NCBI GenBank assembly: GCA_030704615.1
Contig: CM060734.1
Coordinates: forward strand, 2,108,001-2,172,000
Origin: Takakia lepidozioides
Lineage: Eukaryota; Plantae; Bryophyta
Direction of reading: 5' to 3'
DNA: 64,000 nt
This document shows, piece by piece, positions 23,844 to 35,916 of the stretch; position 1 is the stretch's first letter, and each line of letters starts with the position of its first letter. The position numbers were made by a program, and so were the translations under genes. The notes beneath the pieces were generated by a model. The model saw only the letters and a list, made by a program, of their open reading frames with translations. It was not told the DNA's origin and did no database searches.

Positions 23844-24059
23844 CTCAAGCGATTGTATGGAATGTTTACACGGACGAAGTGCATGGAGCCTTATCCAGAA
23901 TTCCTCTACATATATGGGTTGTGCTGTTCAGAGCTGGAGTCCAAATCTGCAGCGTCCCAGGATCCGCATAAAATTATTTCAACGGCTACATTCAGAGAAT
24001 GAAACCCTCATTCTTGGCAAGGTCTAACATTGTCATGTGCTCTTCTTTACTGACATGAT

Positions 24060-24335
24060 CTCCACTATTTCAGACTACAATAACGGTATTATTCTGACGG
24101 TACTTTGCAGTCAGTACGAATAACGGTAATTTTATTTTCTGACCCGATCTCGACCATTCCACTTAAACGATATTGTGCCGAATTTATTTTACGACCTTGC
24201 AGACAGTCCGAATAACCGTAATTTTATTCTCTGACGTGGTCTCGACCATTCGACCTTAACGGTATTACGCCGAACTTATCATGACGAACGGTACTGTGGA
24301 GCTTCTAACGGTTTTCTAACTTCTAACGGTTTTGT
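24060..24335. repeat. Degenerate ~90-bp tandem duplication rich in AACGGTA motifs
   Basis: aataacggtaattttattttctgacccgatctcgaccatt and aataaccgtaattttattctctgacgtggtctcgaccatt; cttctaacggtttt twice. Confidence 0.6.
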
Positions 24336-25541
24336 TATCTTATCTTCTCCCCCACAAACCACTCTAGATTTTGGCAGTCTGAGAAACGATTGGATACCCG
24401 AGGACCCTACCCCTGAAAGAGATGCACCATTTCTAACCTACTGATTTCATACTCTCATGGCTCGTAGGGACCTCTCATGGATTTCGCAGAGCTCATGGTG
24501 AAATGCTTGACTGTGAAATGACTGGATACTTTTTGAACCTCAGAGGACCATACTCTGGAATAGCGCACCATTTCCATCTACCTATCGGAAAGAGGTCACA
24601 GGCCCTTGTGGGTTTTCCTGTGCCTGACACCCTTCACTCATGTGAGGGGAGCAGCAACCACTGCTCTACAACTCACCTTTTACCCCCTCACTGCTTCTGA
24701 CTTTTCTCTCTCTACGAGGAATGTTGCAGCCGGATAAGGTGGAAATGACAAAAGGTTTAAGGTTAGAATCTCCGTGCGGGAAGTTGCAGTGCTCTATGCA
24801 GGGAGCATCGGTATACTGCAGAATGCTTGATGCAGCAAGCATTTTAATTTTACTCGAGATATGCGTTGAACAGACACAGATATATTCTGTGATAAAAGAC
24901 ATGATGATCGACAGTATGCATTGAACAAGAGTGCATATATTAGCCATCCCATTGTTCCCATTCCTGCACCTGTGGTTTTTCACTTGGTGAAGAAAGAAAA
25001 GAAACTCACAACACGTGAAGTCTACTGTCTTATACTTGGCAATTGGATGGTCATAGCTTTCATAGCTTATGCCATATTAAACAAATTATAATTCTACAAC
25101 GTGGGTCAGATTACTGCACTCTATGTGCCCCGCATCCCAAGGTCTGTCCTTGTGGATTCCAATAACTTCCCAAAAAAATCACACTGGAGAACAAATCACC
25201 TCTTTAATGCAACTGTGTTGCCCCGCATCCTAAGATCTATCCTTGGAACTCCAAAAAAGCGTGTTCAATAACCTAATTGGGTAAGAGCCCTACTAACTTC
25301 TTCCCAATGGAGAAGTTTCATTGGATTATTGCAACTTAGTTGCCCCGCAGTCCACCTCGTTATGGAGCTCCAATAACCGATGAGTCAGTGGATAGGAAAT
25401 ACCAACATTTCCTTCCGACAAACCGGGATGAAATCCTAAAGATCTCTCCCTTAATGGGGGAATTTCATTGGTTAATGGAAACTCACATGTAGTAGTGCTT
25501 GCACCTGACACCGTTCACCAGATTGGGGAACTCCACCCCCT

Positions 25542-28500
25542 TCAGTGTCTCCAATTGTAATGAGCCGTTGTCAAAGACTGTTTGACGAGATAGGCCCCAA
25601 TCCAGTACGAGTCGAACTTAGCCTTAAACTCCTCGTTCCGACTGTTGAATAATAACACCAAATCCCCTGAGTCAAAGATTCTCTTTTTGCAATTAAGATC
25701 GAAGCGAGCTTTCCTTCGTTGTTGCATTGCTTCAATGTGCTGAGCTACTGCTTGCCGGAGTTCCAACATCTCAAGTCGTTCCTTTAATGACTCGGATGTC
25801 GCCAGCCATTCGGTGATGGCCAGTCGTAAAGATGGAATTTCTATCTCGATTGGCATGATGGACTCTACCCCATAAACTAATGAAAAGGGGGTGTGTCGAG
25901 TAGTTACCTTATGGGTTGTGGGAAATGCCCACAAGGCCGAAATCAACTTGGTGTCCCAATCCCGTTTGTGCTCCCTAATTGTTTTGGAGAGAATATTGCA
26001 CAGGTTTTGGTTGGCCGCTCTACCTGCCCACTTGTTTGTGGATGATAAAGGGTTGCCTTGCGATGTTTGATGGAAAATGCCGCCATCATTTCCTCGATGA
26101 TATCGTTGATGAAGTGAGACCCCCTGTCACTTACTATTTCCTTGGGGCATCCAAATCGGGAAATGATATATTCATAAATGAAAGAGGCGGTTACCTGTGC
26201 TTGGCCTTCTTAACCGCCTTGGCCTCTACCCACTTGGTTAAGTACTCAGTGGCTACGATGATATAGCAATTTTGTCGACTCGATGGAGGGTGCACGTCCC
26301 CCACATAGTCGATCCCCCACTTCTCAAACGGAGCAAGAGGGAGGGTGGGAATGACGAGCCCTGAGCGCGCGCGGTCAGGGTGACGACATATTAGTCTAGG
26401 GGGGTCGTGGTAAGTTGCGGTGTAGGTTGGGCTCACTGAACCGCCTACCCGACTGCGGTTAGTGCAGGGTGTCCGTGGTCGTACATGGTGGCTATGATCA
26501 CTATCTAAGTCCTACCGGCAAAGAGAAATCACGTACTCCTCTTCACAGGGCGAGTTTGCGTTTCTAAGTCCTACGGTATCCTACAATCTACTCAGCAACT
26601 GCCTTCTAAGTCTTTGTGTTTTATTGTCTAATTCCTACTGCCTAGGCCCCCGAGCCGCCTATAGCCGGGACATGTTTTAATCCCTTCACAAGGCACCTGC
26701 CGAGCCTAGGAAGAAGAGGGAAAATCTTCCTCTCCCAATGCCCCTCCTTCGCTGAGGGCTTGAGTTCAAGTCACCTCTAATGGAAGGGCCAACGCTTCCT
26801 ACCCCAGTGCCTAAATACTTTGTTTTAGCAAAGGAGTGGCCAAAATGCCTATCGTCATCCAATAGGTTCACCAAGTTCAATAAGGTGGTTCTAAGCCCCT
26901 CGACTCAACAAGTTCAATCAGTTTAATCAACGCCCTGCAGGCTATAACGAGCACCACGTGCATCTATCCTATTTAAGCAATTTCACAAATTAGAAATGCT
27001 GGTAAATAAAATAAAAACAGAAAATCAGAAAAATACCTCCCCATATGGGAAATCATGCGGGGAATCAAAAGATACCCTTGGCACCTAAAGATGCCCTTGG
27101 GAACCCTGTGGGAATCCAATGAGAACCGAGGAACACCCGAGAACCGTTCCCTGCCACGGGGAACTGCCGCGGCTCTATCGGATGAATGAATCTCGCTGAG
27201 AGCTCATCCCTGCCACTACATTCGTTAGTCCAGAACATGCATGCGTAAATAATAAAGTAACCACTGGTGGGTCCAAGCCAAATTTCACCCCCTTACATTA
27301 TTTTAAGGCGTTGGTGCGCTTTCCCTCCGTGGAAAAAGTCATCCTCTACCTTGGGCTCTGACACAAAGGCTCACTGTAGCCAAGTTTTTAGGACAGAGTA
27401 CTTTCTCTCCTCCCTTGTCTCTCGAGGTCTCCGCCTCTAGCTCACTGCTCCCAGGCCCGCTTGGCTATCTCTTGGAGTCCTAAGAACGCTCCCCTCCAAG
27501 GCTACGTCCTCCCAAAATCCTAGATTTTATCTACCATTGGCGCCTTAGATAATCGCTCCTAACCCTTAGAGGGGTATAAATTGAATCTAATAGCTAAAGG
27601 TAAGAATACCCCCCTTTAAGGGAATTTGCAGACGCATTGTCCGCTGGGTAAAACGCCCCCGCCACGCGGCGGGGCGCAGATCCGCGCGTAGCGGTCCAAG
27701 CCGTGGACCGCTGCGGTTAACGCCAGCGTCCGCCAGTCCGTCTCAACTTTTGGTTATCCAGCGGGTAAAGACCCGCACCCTGCTTGCACGCTTCAGGGCC
27801 TCACGTCTGAGCCACGCGGCTGATGTACTTGATCTGAGTACGACTTAAGGTCAACGCTGGGGCCCTGCTCCCGTACGTCGTGGCTGGGCCACGGCTGCCT
27901 CCACGTTTTTAGTAATCGAGTCCCTACTCTCTAGGCGCAGCACCCGGGATCCTCCCGGGCTGCTCGCAACTTTGGGGCAGCTGCTGTCAAGCGAAATTAG
28001 CCTGCCCAAACCCCAAGACAAAAAATACAACCCACCCTCCCCTAGGCCTCCATGGCTTGCTAGTGGGGGGGGGGGGATTAGCATATAGTGGCCTTATAGT
28101 GGTCTTATATCATAGATCCAGCCTACTGGCCTGCCTTTGCCATAGCTGGCTATATTTCAAATTAGTAATCAAACACAAAGATTCATTCTTCCAACAATTC
28201 AAATACAAGCCTCTATTGGTGCCCTTCCCAATAGACTATGGGGGTCTTCCCCTTGTCACTTCTAGACATGAAATAATGGGATTCCACAATGCACTCTCCT
28301 CTTTTGAAGAGCCTAAATCAGATTTTCAACTTCAAGCTTTACTTGGAAAATAAATGAATCACATACACAAATGGTGAAATGGTAAGATGGGATCAACCTT
28401 TCTATGCGAGAGTACTTGGGATGCTCTATCGACTCAAGTAATGGTACTCTATGCGGCCTCCAGTTGGGCTCTCGTCCATTAAGTCCATACCAGCCCCTCC

Positions 28501-31500
28501 TACTCGTCCTCAAGTCACTTTTCTCCACATGAAATTGCCCTCTTCCTTCACAAATGAAAATGGCTCAAAGGCCCACAAGCTAGGCCACTTGTCTTAGCTT
28601 ACAAGAATCCTATCTAACTAGGGAGCTTCAAGCTCCACTCCCTAGGATCTAGCCCCTCCTCAAGCCAAAACTATCAAGCACTACAACAACAAGCAAGATG
28701 AAACTAAGCAAATGAGCTAGATGAAGAACAAGAGAAGCCTTGCCCCTCTCTTATACTGTTGATGGGCCTAATAGACTAATGGAAAATATTCATTAAACTA
28801 TTGTTTCCTTGGAGGATCTATAATATACTATTCCACATGGATGAAAAGTCTTAGAGGCAAATGAAAGCTGGCTTTTCATCCATCCAATTGGATGACCAGT
28901 TGGCGCGAGTTGTCATTTCATCCATCCAGCTCCTCAAGGCGAATTCCAAGATTTTTCATCCATCCAAGAAGTAGAAATGCAAATAACAGGCCTTGTGAGT
29001 GCCGTCGACTCAATAATTTGGCCCTGCTGCTAATCAGCTCCATAAATCACCAAACTTGGTGACAAACTACAATTATATACCCCGTATCAGCCTAAATTCT
29101 CAGCTCCATCGGTGGTAAAAAGTTGCGCTTCTCGCCATTCGTTGTATTTTCGCTACACACATTGGCGTACCTCTGACAAAAGCCGCATTTCTGCACATGC
29201 ATGTGCGCATCTTTGAACATGGAGGGCCAGTAGTATCCTGCCCTTAAAACTTTCTGCACTGTGAGCCGCCCTACAAAGTGACCTCCACACATGCTGTCAT
29301 GAGCTGACTCTAAAATCTGGGGAACCTCCTCTGTGGTGACGCATCGCCTCAAGAGTCCATCCATTCCCCTTCTATAAAGTTGCCATCCCACAAGAGCAAA
29401 CTTCATGCTGCGCAGTCGAAGCCTTTGTCGCGCATATCAATCCATTCCTGGGAGAAATTCCAGGGGCACGCTCAAATATTGAGCAATGTGCTCATACCAT
29501 GGAGGAACTATCTCTATGGAAAATAGGAACGCATCCGGAAAATCATCGTCATAGGCTCGTCTCCTATTTTCTCTGACAATCGGGAAAGGTGATCGGCCTG
29601 AGCATTAAGTCTTCCCGGCTTGTAGACTACCTTGTAGTCGAATTCCTGAAGCAGAATAACCTACCTGGCTATTCTTCCCCTCAAATCAGGCTTGTTGATC
29701 AAGTATCGTAGTGCCATGTGATCAACGAAAAATGTGAAAGATGTCTCCAATAAATAGTGCCGATACTTCTTCACGGCAAAAATCATTCCCAGATCCTCTC
29801 GCTCTGTGGTGCTATACGTAGTCTCAGCGAATGTCAGCTGCCAACTGGCGAAAGATATCGGATGATCATGGCCATCAGCATCTGGTTGGCAAAGGGCACA
29901 ACCTACTGCCACCGCTGAAGCATCAATGTAAACATGGAAAGGCCTATTCCAATCGGGAGCTACCAAAACTGGGGCGGACACCAAGCGTTGCTTGAGCGTT
30001 TCAAATGACTCTTGACATCCTGTGTCCCAGGAAAATACATGGTTCTTCTTAAGCAATCAAGTCAGAGGTAAGGCCTCTGCTGCATACTTGTCCATAAATT
30101 TCCTATACCACCTTGTGTGGCCAAGGAATCCCTTCACCTTAGAAGATGTCTCTGGTGCGGGAAGCTTGACTATGGCGCTCACCTTTGCTGGGTCTGTCGC
30201 CACGCCGTCTCTGGACATTATGTGTCCCAATAGCAGTCCATGTGTGACTACAAACACACACTTCATTGGGTTGAGCGATATTCCGTTGGCTCTGCACCTG
30301 ATAAAGCATTCTTGTAATGCTGCAACGTGATCCTTTGCATCCCCATTGCAACAAAAGTCATCTAAAAAGATGACTAAATTCCTTCTCACGATGTTTGAGA
30401 AGGCGTACGTCATGACCCTCTGAAATGTCAAGGGTGCATTGCACAAGCCAAAGGGCATCCTCGTGTAGGCAAATGTTCCCCATGGTGAAGTAAATGTGGT
30501 TTTCAACACATCATTTGGGTCAATCAACACCTGATCGTACCCTCAAAACCTATCCATGAAAGAGTAGAGCTCCTTCCCTGCTACTTCTTCCACGAGGGTA
30601 TCTATGAATGGCAAGGGAAAATGATCCTAGTGTGTTACCTTGTTAAGGGGGCGGAAGTCCACACATATCCTTAGACCTCCGTTCTTCTTCCGGACAATTA
30701 CCATCAGAGATATCTATGCCGACGTTTCCACCGGAAAAATGAATTTTGCAGCTAGCAGCTTTTCAATTTCTGTTTTGATGAGTAGTGCGAGGTTGGGATT
30801 CACCCTTCTTTCTCGTTGTCGTCATGGGGTAGCCCCTGGAATCAGGGGAATGGAATGCATCGCCACATACGAAGGCACTTCTTTCAATTCGGTGTAGGAC
30901 CATGCAAAGATGTCCCGAAATTCCTTGAACAGTGCTTGATACTCCAAAGCCTACTCCAATGTCAAGTGGACTCCCACCTTCACCATCTTTGGTGATTGTC
31001 CTCCATCCGCCATGTCGACCAATTGCGTTGTTGGTTCCGACTTGAAAGTCGACCCCGATTCAAATCGAGATCCGCTTGATCCGTGCTGCAAATAGGGCAT
31101 GTAGGGGGCGGCGCTATGTTTCATGACATCCCTTTCTAGGTCAACCTCCTCTACAATTCTCATATCCAAGATTTTGCCGTTTTCCTCCTAAAAAATTTCA
31201 TGTTCATGCAGACCAACCTGTTCGGCGGAGATAGAAAAGAGCTCGGTCAATAACTCAAGCTCCGGAAGTGCCTCGGTTAATACCGAGTGTACCATCACTT
31301 CTCTGCCTTGGTTTTCTCCGAACAACCAGGCGATGCAGTCTGCATCAGACTCGCATTCATATAATCCTGGTCCTAGAGACTTGACTACGTCTTCTAGTCC
31401 TACCTTTCTTTGCTTAACCTCCCTGTGAGGAGTGGTAGATGTTGTCAAAACTTGGTGGGCGTGTGAGGTGGGAAGAAGCTCCCCCTTTGACCACAAATCC

Positions 31501-33310
31501 TCCTCACTCAAGTATGCAGACTCCTCTTCAAAGCCAATCATGCTGAGCTCATTCTCATCTGTCTCTTCATGAGGTGCCCTAGAGAAATGCAACAGTGGTA
31601 GTGTAAGGTCTTACCCCATAAGTAATGGTGCCTGCCCCCCAGTCCGTTCATGCCCTGGACTGGACCAACCATGGCCTCCCTAATATGAGTGCGTACAAAT
31701 ATTCATCGATGGGGAAGTTGATGATTTGGAAGTCTACCGCGTACGTGTAGCCTCTTGTCTCCATCTTGACATTTGCTATGTGACCCACTGGTTGGATCTT
31801 CCGCTGGTCAGCTAGCCTAATTGTCAGAGGGGATTCTCCTGTCATGTTCAAACCTAGTTTGGATAGGGTGGAGAGTGGCATGATGTTGACTGGGCTCCCA
31901 TCATCCACTAAACAGCGCCGTATGAATCGGTCAGCAATTTCCACTTCTATCTCCACTGGTCCTGGGTCGATGTGGGCATTAATGTGGTGGGCTTGAGCAG
32001 AAGTGCTTACCCGCTTCCTCACCAAAGATGCCTTGAGAACATGGCAAACGACGGGCGCCATGGCTATGAGTTGAGCAAATGTGATGTTTGCCTGAATATG
32101 GCGAAGATCCTCCATTAGGTTGTACGGTTCAAATTCATCTGTGAACCGCATGGTTGAATGCATGCTTCTCTGGGGAAGCTTTTCTGGTGCCGCCGGCCGA
32201 TTTGCCGGACTTTTTGCTGTTGCTATAGGTGGTCGGGAAAGGGTTGGTCAGACTACTGGAGGTTCCGTTTCCGCGAATGCTACCTCCTTTTCTTTGGGGT
32301 GAATGTCTTCCTCTTCCCGCAGCACAGTCTCCGCCACCTTTCGTGCATCTGACTTCATTATAGTGAAGTTCAGATCCTCCTGCTCTAATGCGGACGTGGC
32401 TGACTCCGACGCCACATACCCAGGGCCATTCCCTAGCGTATCTCGTTGCTGTCGAGTCATCACGACGTAGCTACCTTTCTCGGGGCTAGCTGACCTGGTT
32501 GGAGTGGCTCCTGGCTCACTCGCAATCCAATTTACTTTGTGTTGCATCTCCGGTTGGCGCATTGCATGGCTTGGTTGGATGTTGGTCTGCTGCTGCTGAG
32601 GCGCGCCAAAGTGGATGCTTGATGTCCTTCCTGCACCCTTACATCCTGAGGGGGAGACCACGTATTAGAAGAACCCTAGGCTATCTGAGCCGCATGATTT
32701 GAATAAGCTGATCGGGAATTCTGTCCCTGAGCAGTATTACCCCCTAAGTATGATGGACCTGCCTGATCTGGCCTAGGTCGTTGTGCTATCTGCGTTGGGG
32801 TAGCAAAATACATGCTATGCTGCTGTGGTAGAGGGTTGGGTGGTTCAGTCGTATACTGATCCGGAAATGGGGCTCGTTGCCCTTCCAAATTCCTCTCTAG
32901 TTGCTGGATGGTGGCAGGGGCCGGTCGATCCACCTGCCTACGGGGACATCTTTCCAAGGGGTGGCCTCTCTGGCCGCAATGCAAACATACAATGTCACTC
33001 CAACAGTCTTCAGTTGGGTGAGTGGTTCTGCCACATTTTTTACAACCCCTCCTGGATTGATTGAATTGTCGTTTTGACCTATCCTGATAGGTTGGGTTCC
33101 GACTTACCTGCCTTTCCCTGGTGGGATAAGGACAATGTTGAGCAGCATGCCCGGGACCGTCGCAGTTGGAGCACCATACCTTTGCCGGGTTGGGGCCTAA
33201 TTCTCCCACTCGAGCCGCATCTCGATACCCCACATAGCTGGTGATCTGCTGGCCAATGGAGCTCATGCGATCGCCCATTGTTTCAAAGGTCTTGCTAAGG
33301 AAAGTGACTT
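25542..33310 (-). mobile_element. Degenerate Ty3/gypsy gag-pol (second lineage, no chromodomain seen), 5'-truncated by the CACTA end
   Basis: Three CX2CX4HX4C knuckles (32676-33310), protease LVDDGSPVNIMP, RT MPFGLCNAP..FLDDF, RNase H YIDAS..YSTTERE, integrase H-H-C-C zinc finger, PFEKWGIDYVG, HTPFSLVYG; many stops and frameshifts. Confidence 0.93.
26352..29159. mobile_element. ~2.8-kb non-coding LTR-like insertion inside the gypsy integrase
   Basis: Starts TGACGAG, ends ...CTACACA; separates CQRYAN from IPTLPLAPFEKWG of the host integrase; no TSD visible. Confidence 0.6.
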
Positions 33311-33864
33311 CACTAGAAGGAAAACGCGGAATAACCACTCTGTTAACCACTCATTTTGAGTGGTAAAAGACACTAAACCACTCTGGCCCCAGAGTGATGA
33401 AGAACCAGTGGATTAGGACAAGTGAGTGGTAAAAGACATTACGTGGCATCAGTGGTTAAGGACAGTGGTTCGAACCACTTACGTCTGGGTCCACCTGTTC
33501 GCTGATGTGTCACAGTGATAAATTAACCACTGTGACATGTCAATGATGTGTCACTGAGGTAAATCAACCACTTATGACGTGTCACAGTGGTAAACTGACG
33601 TGTCATAGTGGTAAAGTAACCACTTCCGTTTTCCAGTGGACACGTGTAAGCCGGTGGTCCGTGGATGATATTGGAGATTATGTCGACACGTGGCGACACT
33701 CTCAGCATGGACACGTGTCCTGTGTTGGTGCTACAAAATGGATGGAGTGAAAAATTCAATGACTTCCGAAACCACTTGTTGAGTGATCACGAAATGACTC
33801 ACAAAGTGATGCTATGAAAACTGAGAATATACAGTATCAATCACAGCGTGGTTATGTGAGTGGC

Positions 33865-35134
33865 CCCTTAAGAAACTTCAGAGCTCAGGAGGCCACCATA
33901 ACTTGATCACACTAGTTGTTAGAAATGTTTCAAGTCATAGCACACCACAATTGGAACAATTGACAAGGAGATAGGCCCATCTGAGTACCTGAACGTTCGG
34001 AAACTTGAGCTACAAGTGCAGATCTGTTGGGGGCCAGACCACATCCCCTTAAGAAAATTCAGATCTCCGGAGGCCACCATAACTTGATCACACTAGTTGT
34101 TAGAAATGTTGCAAGTCATAGCACACCACAATTGGAGCAATTGACAAGGAGATAGGTCCATCTGAGTACATGAACGTCTGGAAACTTGAACAACAAGTGC
34201 AGATCAGTTGGGGGCCAGACCAAAACCCCTTAAGAAAATTCAGAGCTCAGGAGGCCACCATAACATGATCACACTCATTGTTAGAAATGTTTCAAGCCAT
34301 AGCACACCACAATTGGAGCAATTGGCAAGAACATAGGCCCATCTGAGTACCTGAACATCCGGAAACTTAAACTACAAGTGCAGATCTGTTGGGGGCCAGA
34401 CCACAACCCCTTAAGAAAATTCAGAGCTCAGAAGGCCACCATATATTGATCACACTAGTTGTTAGAAATTTTTTTCAAGCCATAGCACACCACAATTGGA
34501 GCAATTGGCAAGGAGATAGACCCATCTGAGTACCTGAACGTCTGGAAACTTGAACAACAAGTGCAGATCTGTTGGGGGCCAGACCTTTTGGGGCCATTTG
34601 GCATTTAGGCACTTTTGAGAAAAAAAAAATTAAAATTAGGCATCTTGGATGTGTAATTTTTTCAAATTAGGCAACTAAAAATAATGATCACAAACTAATT
34701 ATAAAAATACAGCAGCTGCCATGGATGAAAATTGAAAACTGAGTCCATGGATGATGTTTAAAATGAAAACTCAGCCGCTCCCATGATGAAAATTGAAAAT
34801 TAGAAACTTCAGAGCTCAGGAGCCACCATACCTTGATCACACTAGTTGTTAGAAATGTTTCAAGCCATAGCACACCACAACTGGAGCAATTGCCAAGGAG
34901 ATAGGCCCATCTGAGTACCTGAACATCCGGAAACTTGAACAACAAGTGCAGATTTGTTGGGGGCCAGACCACAACCCCTTAATAAGATTCAGAGCTCTAG
35001 AGGTCACCATACCTTGATTACACTAGTTGTTAGAAATGTTTCAAGCCATAGCACACCACAATTGGGCAATTGGCAAGGAGATAGGCCCATCTGAGTACCT
35101 AAACATCCGGAAACTTGAACAACAAGTGCAGATC
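33865..35134 (+). repeat. ~181-bp tandem satellite (about 6 units, interrupted 34585-34800)
   Basis: Unit cccttaagaaaattcagagctcaggaggccaccata...gatctgttgggggccagaccac recurs at ~33865, 34046, 34227, 34408. Confidence 0.95.
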
Positions 35135-35861
35135 TGTCGCGGCCCTTTGCCTTGAGGGCAGGGGGTTAGGACACATGAGGGGCTGCCCCTGTGGTGGGGG
35201 CAGCGGCAGCGGTAGGTATGGGGGGCTGAAGCACCCTTGAGTGCCCAAGGCACTCAAGGAGGCGGAGGCGCTCACTAGGTGGAGCCCCGCACACCGGGTT
35301 GCGGTGGGGGTGGCTCCACAAGGGGTGGTGGTAGCTTAGCGGGACTTAGTGGGGGTGGCATATGACTCACCATGGGGGCGGAGACCTCGTAGTGGGAGTC
35401 GTGGGGAGTCTTGGGACTCATCACGGTCCATAGGGGCCGTGATGAGTGGGCCAAGACTCACCGCGACTCATCACCGGGAGTCGAGGGTTTTCGTGGTGGT
35501 TCGCCATAAAATGGCATGGCTGGTTGTGAAACCCCCGCGGACAGCTACATAAGTATATATAGGGAGTAGTAACCCCGAGAACGGTGCAAGCCCGTTGGTG
35601 ACCAAAAACTAGTGAGTGAGCGAGCGTGCCGGAAAGCGACCAAAGAGTGGGGAGTTGTTCCGGACTGCCATCTACCAAAGGGAATTCCACTAGGCCCAAA
35701 TAGGTGGAGGGTTTAGTGGGGGAGCGAAGGGGGACCGTTTATGTCCCGGTGAGCAGCCGAAGCTCCAAGTTGGCCCGGCGGCCAGGTTGGGAGTCAGGCG
35801 CGCGCATCAAAGCGAGTAAGTATGACTTGAAGGGGAGTTTACCGAAGTGAGGTGCGCGACA
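35135..35861 (+). repeat. 5' LTR
   Basis: Near-identical to 41387-42113. Confidence 0.97.
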
Positions 35862-35863
35862 CT

Positions 35864-35875
35864 TGGTATCAGAGC
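35864..35875 (+). promoter_or_regulatory. Primer-binding site complementary to tRNA-iMet
   Basis: TGGTATCAGAGC, 2 nt after the LTR. Confidence 0.95.
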
Positions 35876-35916
35876 TTAGAGTTCAGTACGCGATTGTCCT
35901 TGGGATTGGCCTCATC

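Noticed and set aside
25100-25360. PPT and 3' LTR of the second gypsy lineage
   Set aside because: Three TGCCCCGCA repeats are PPT-like, but no TG-starting LTR with a partner could be defined.
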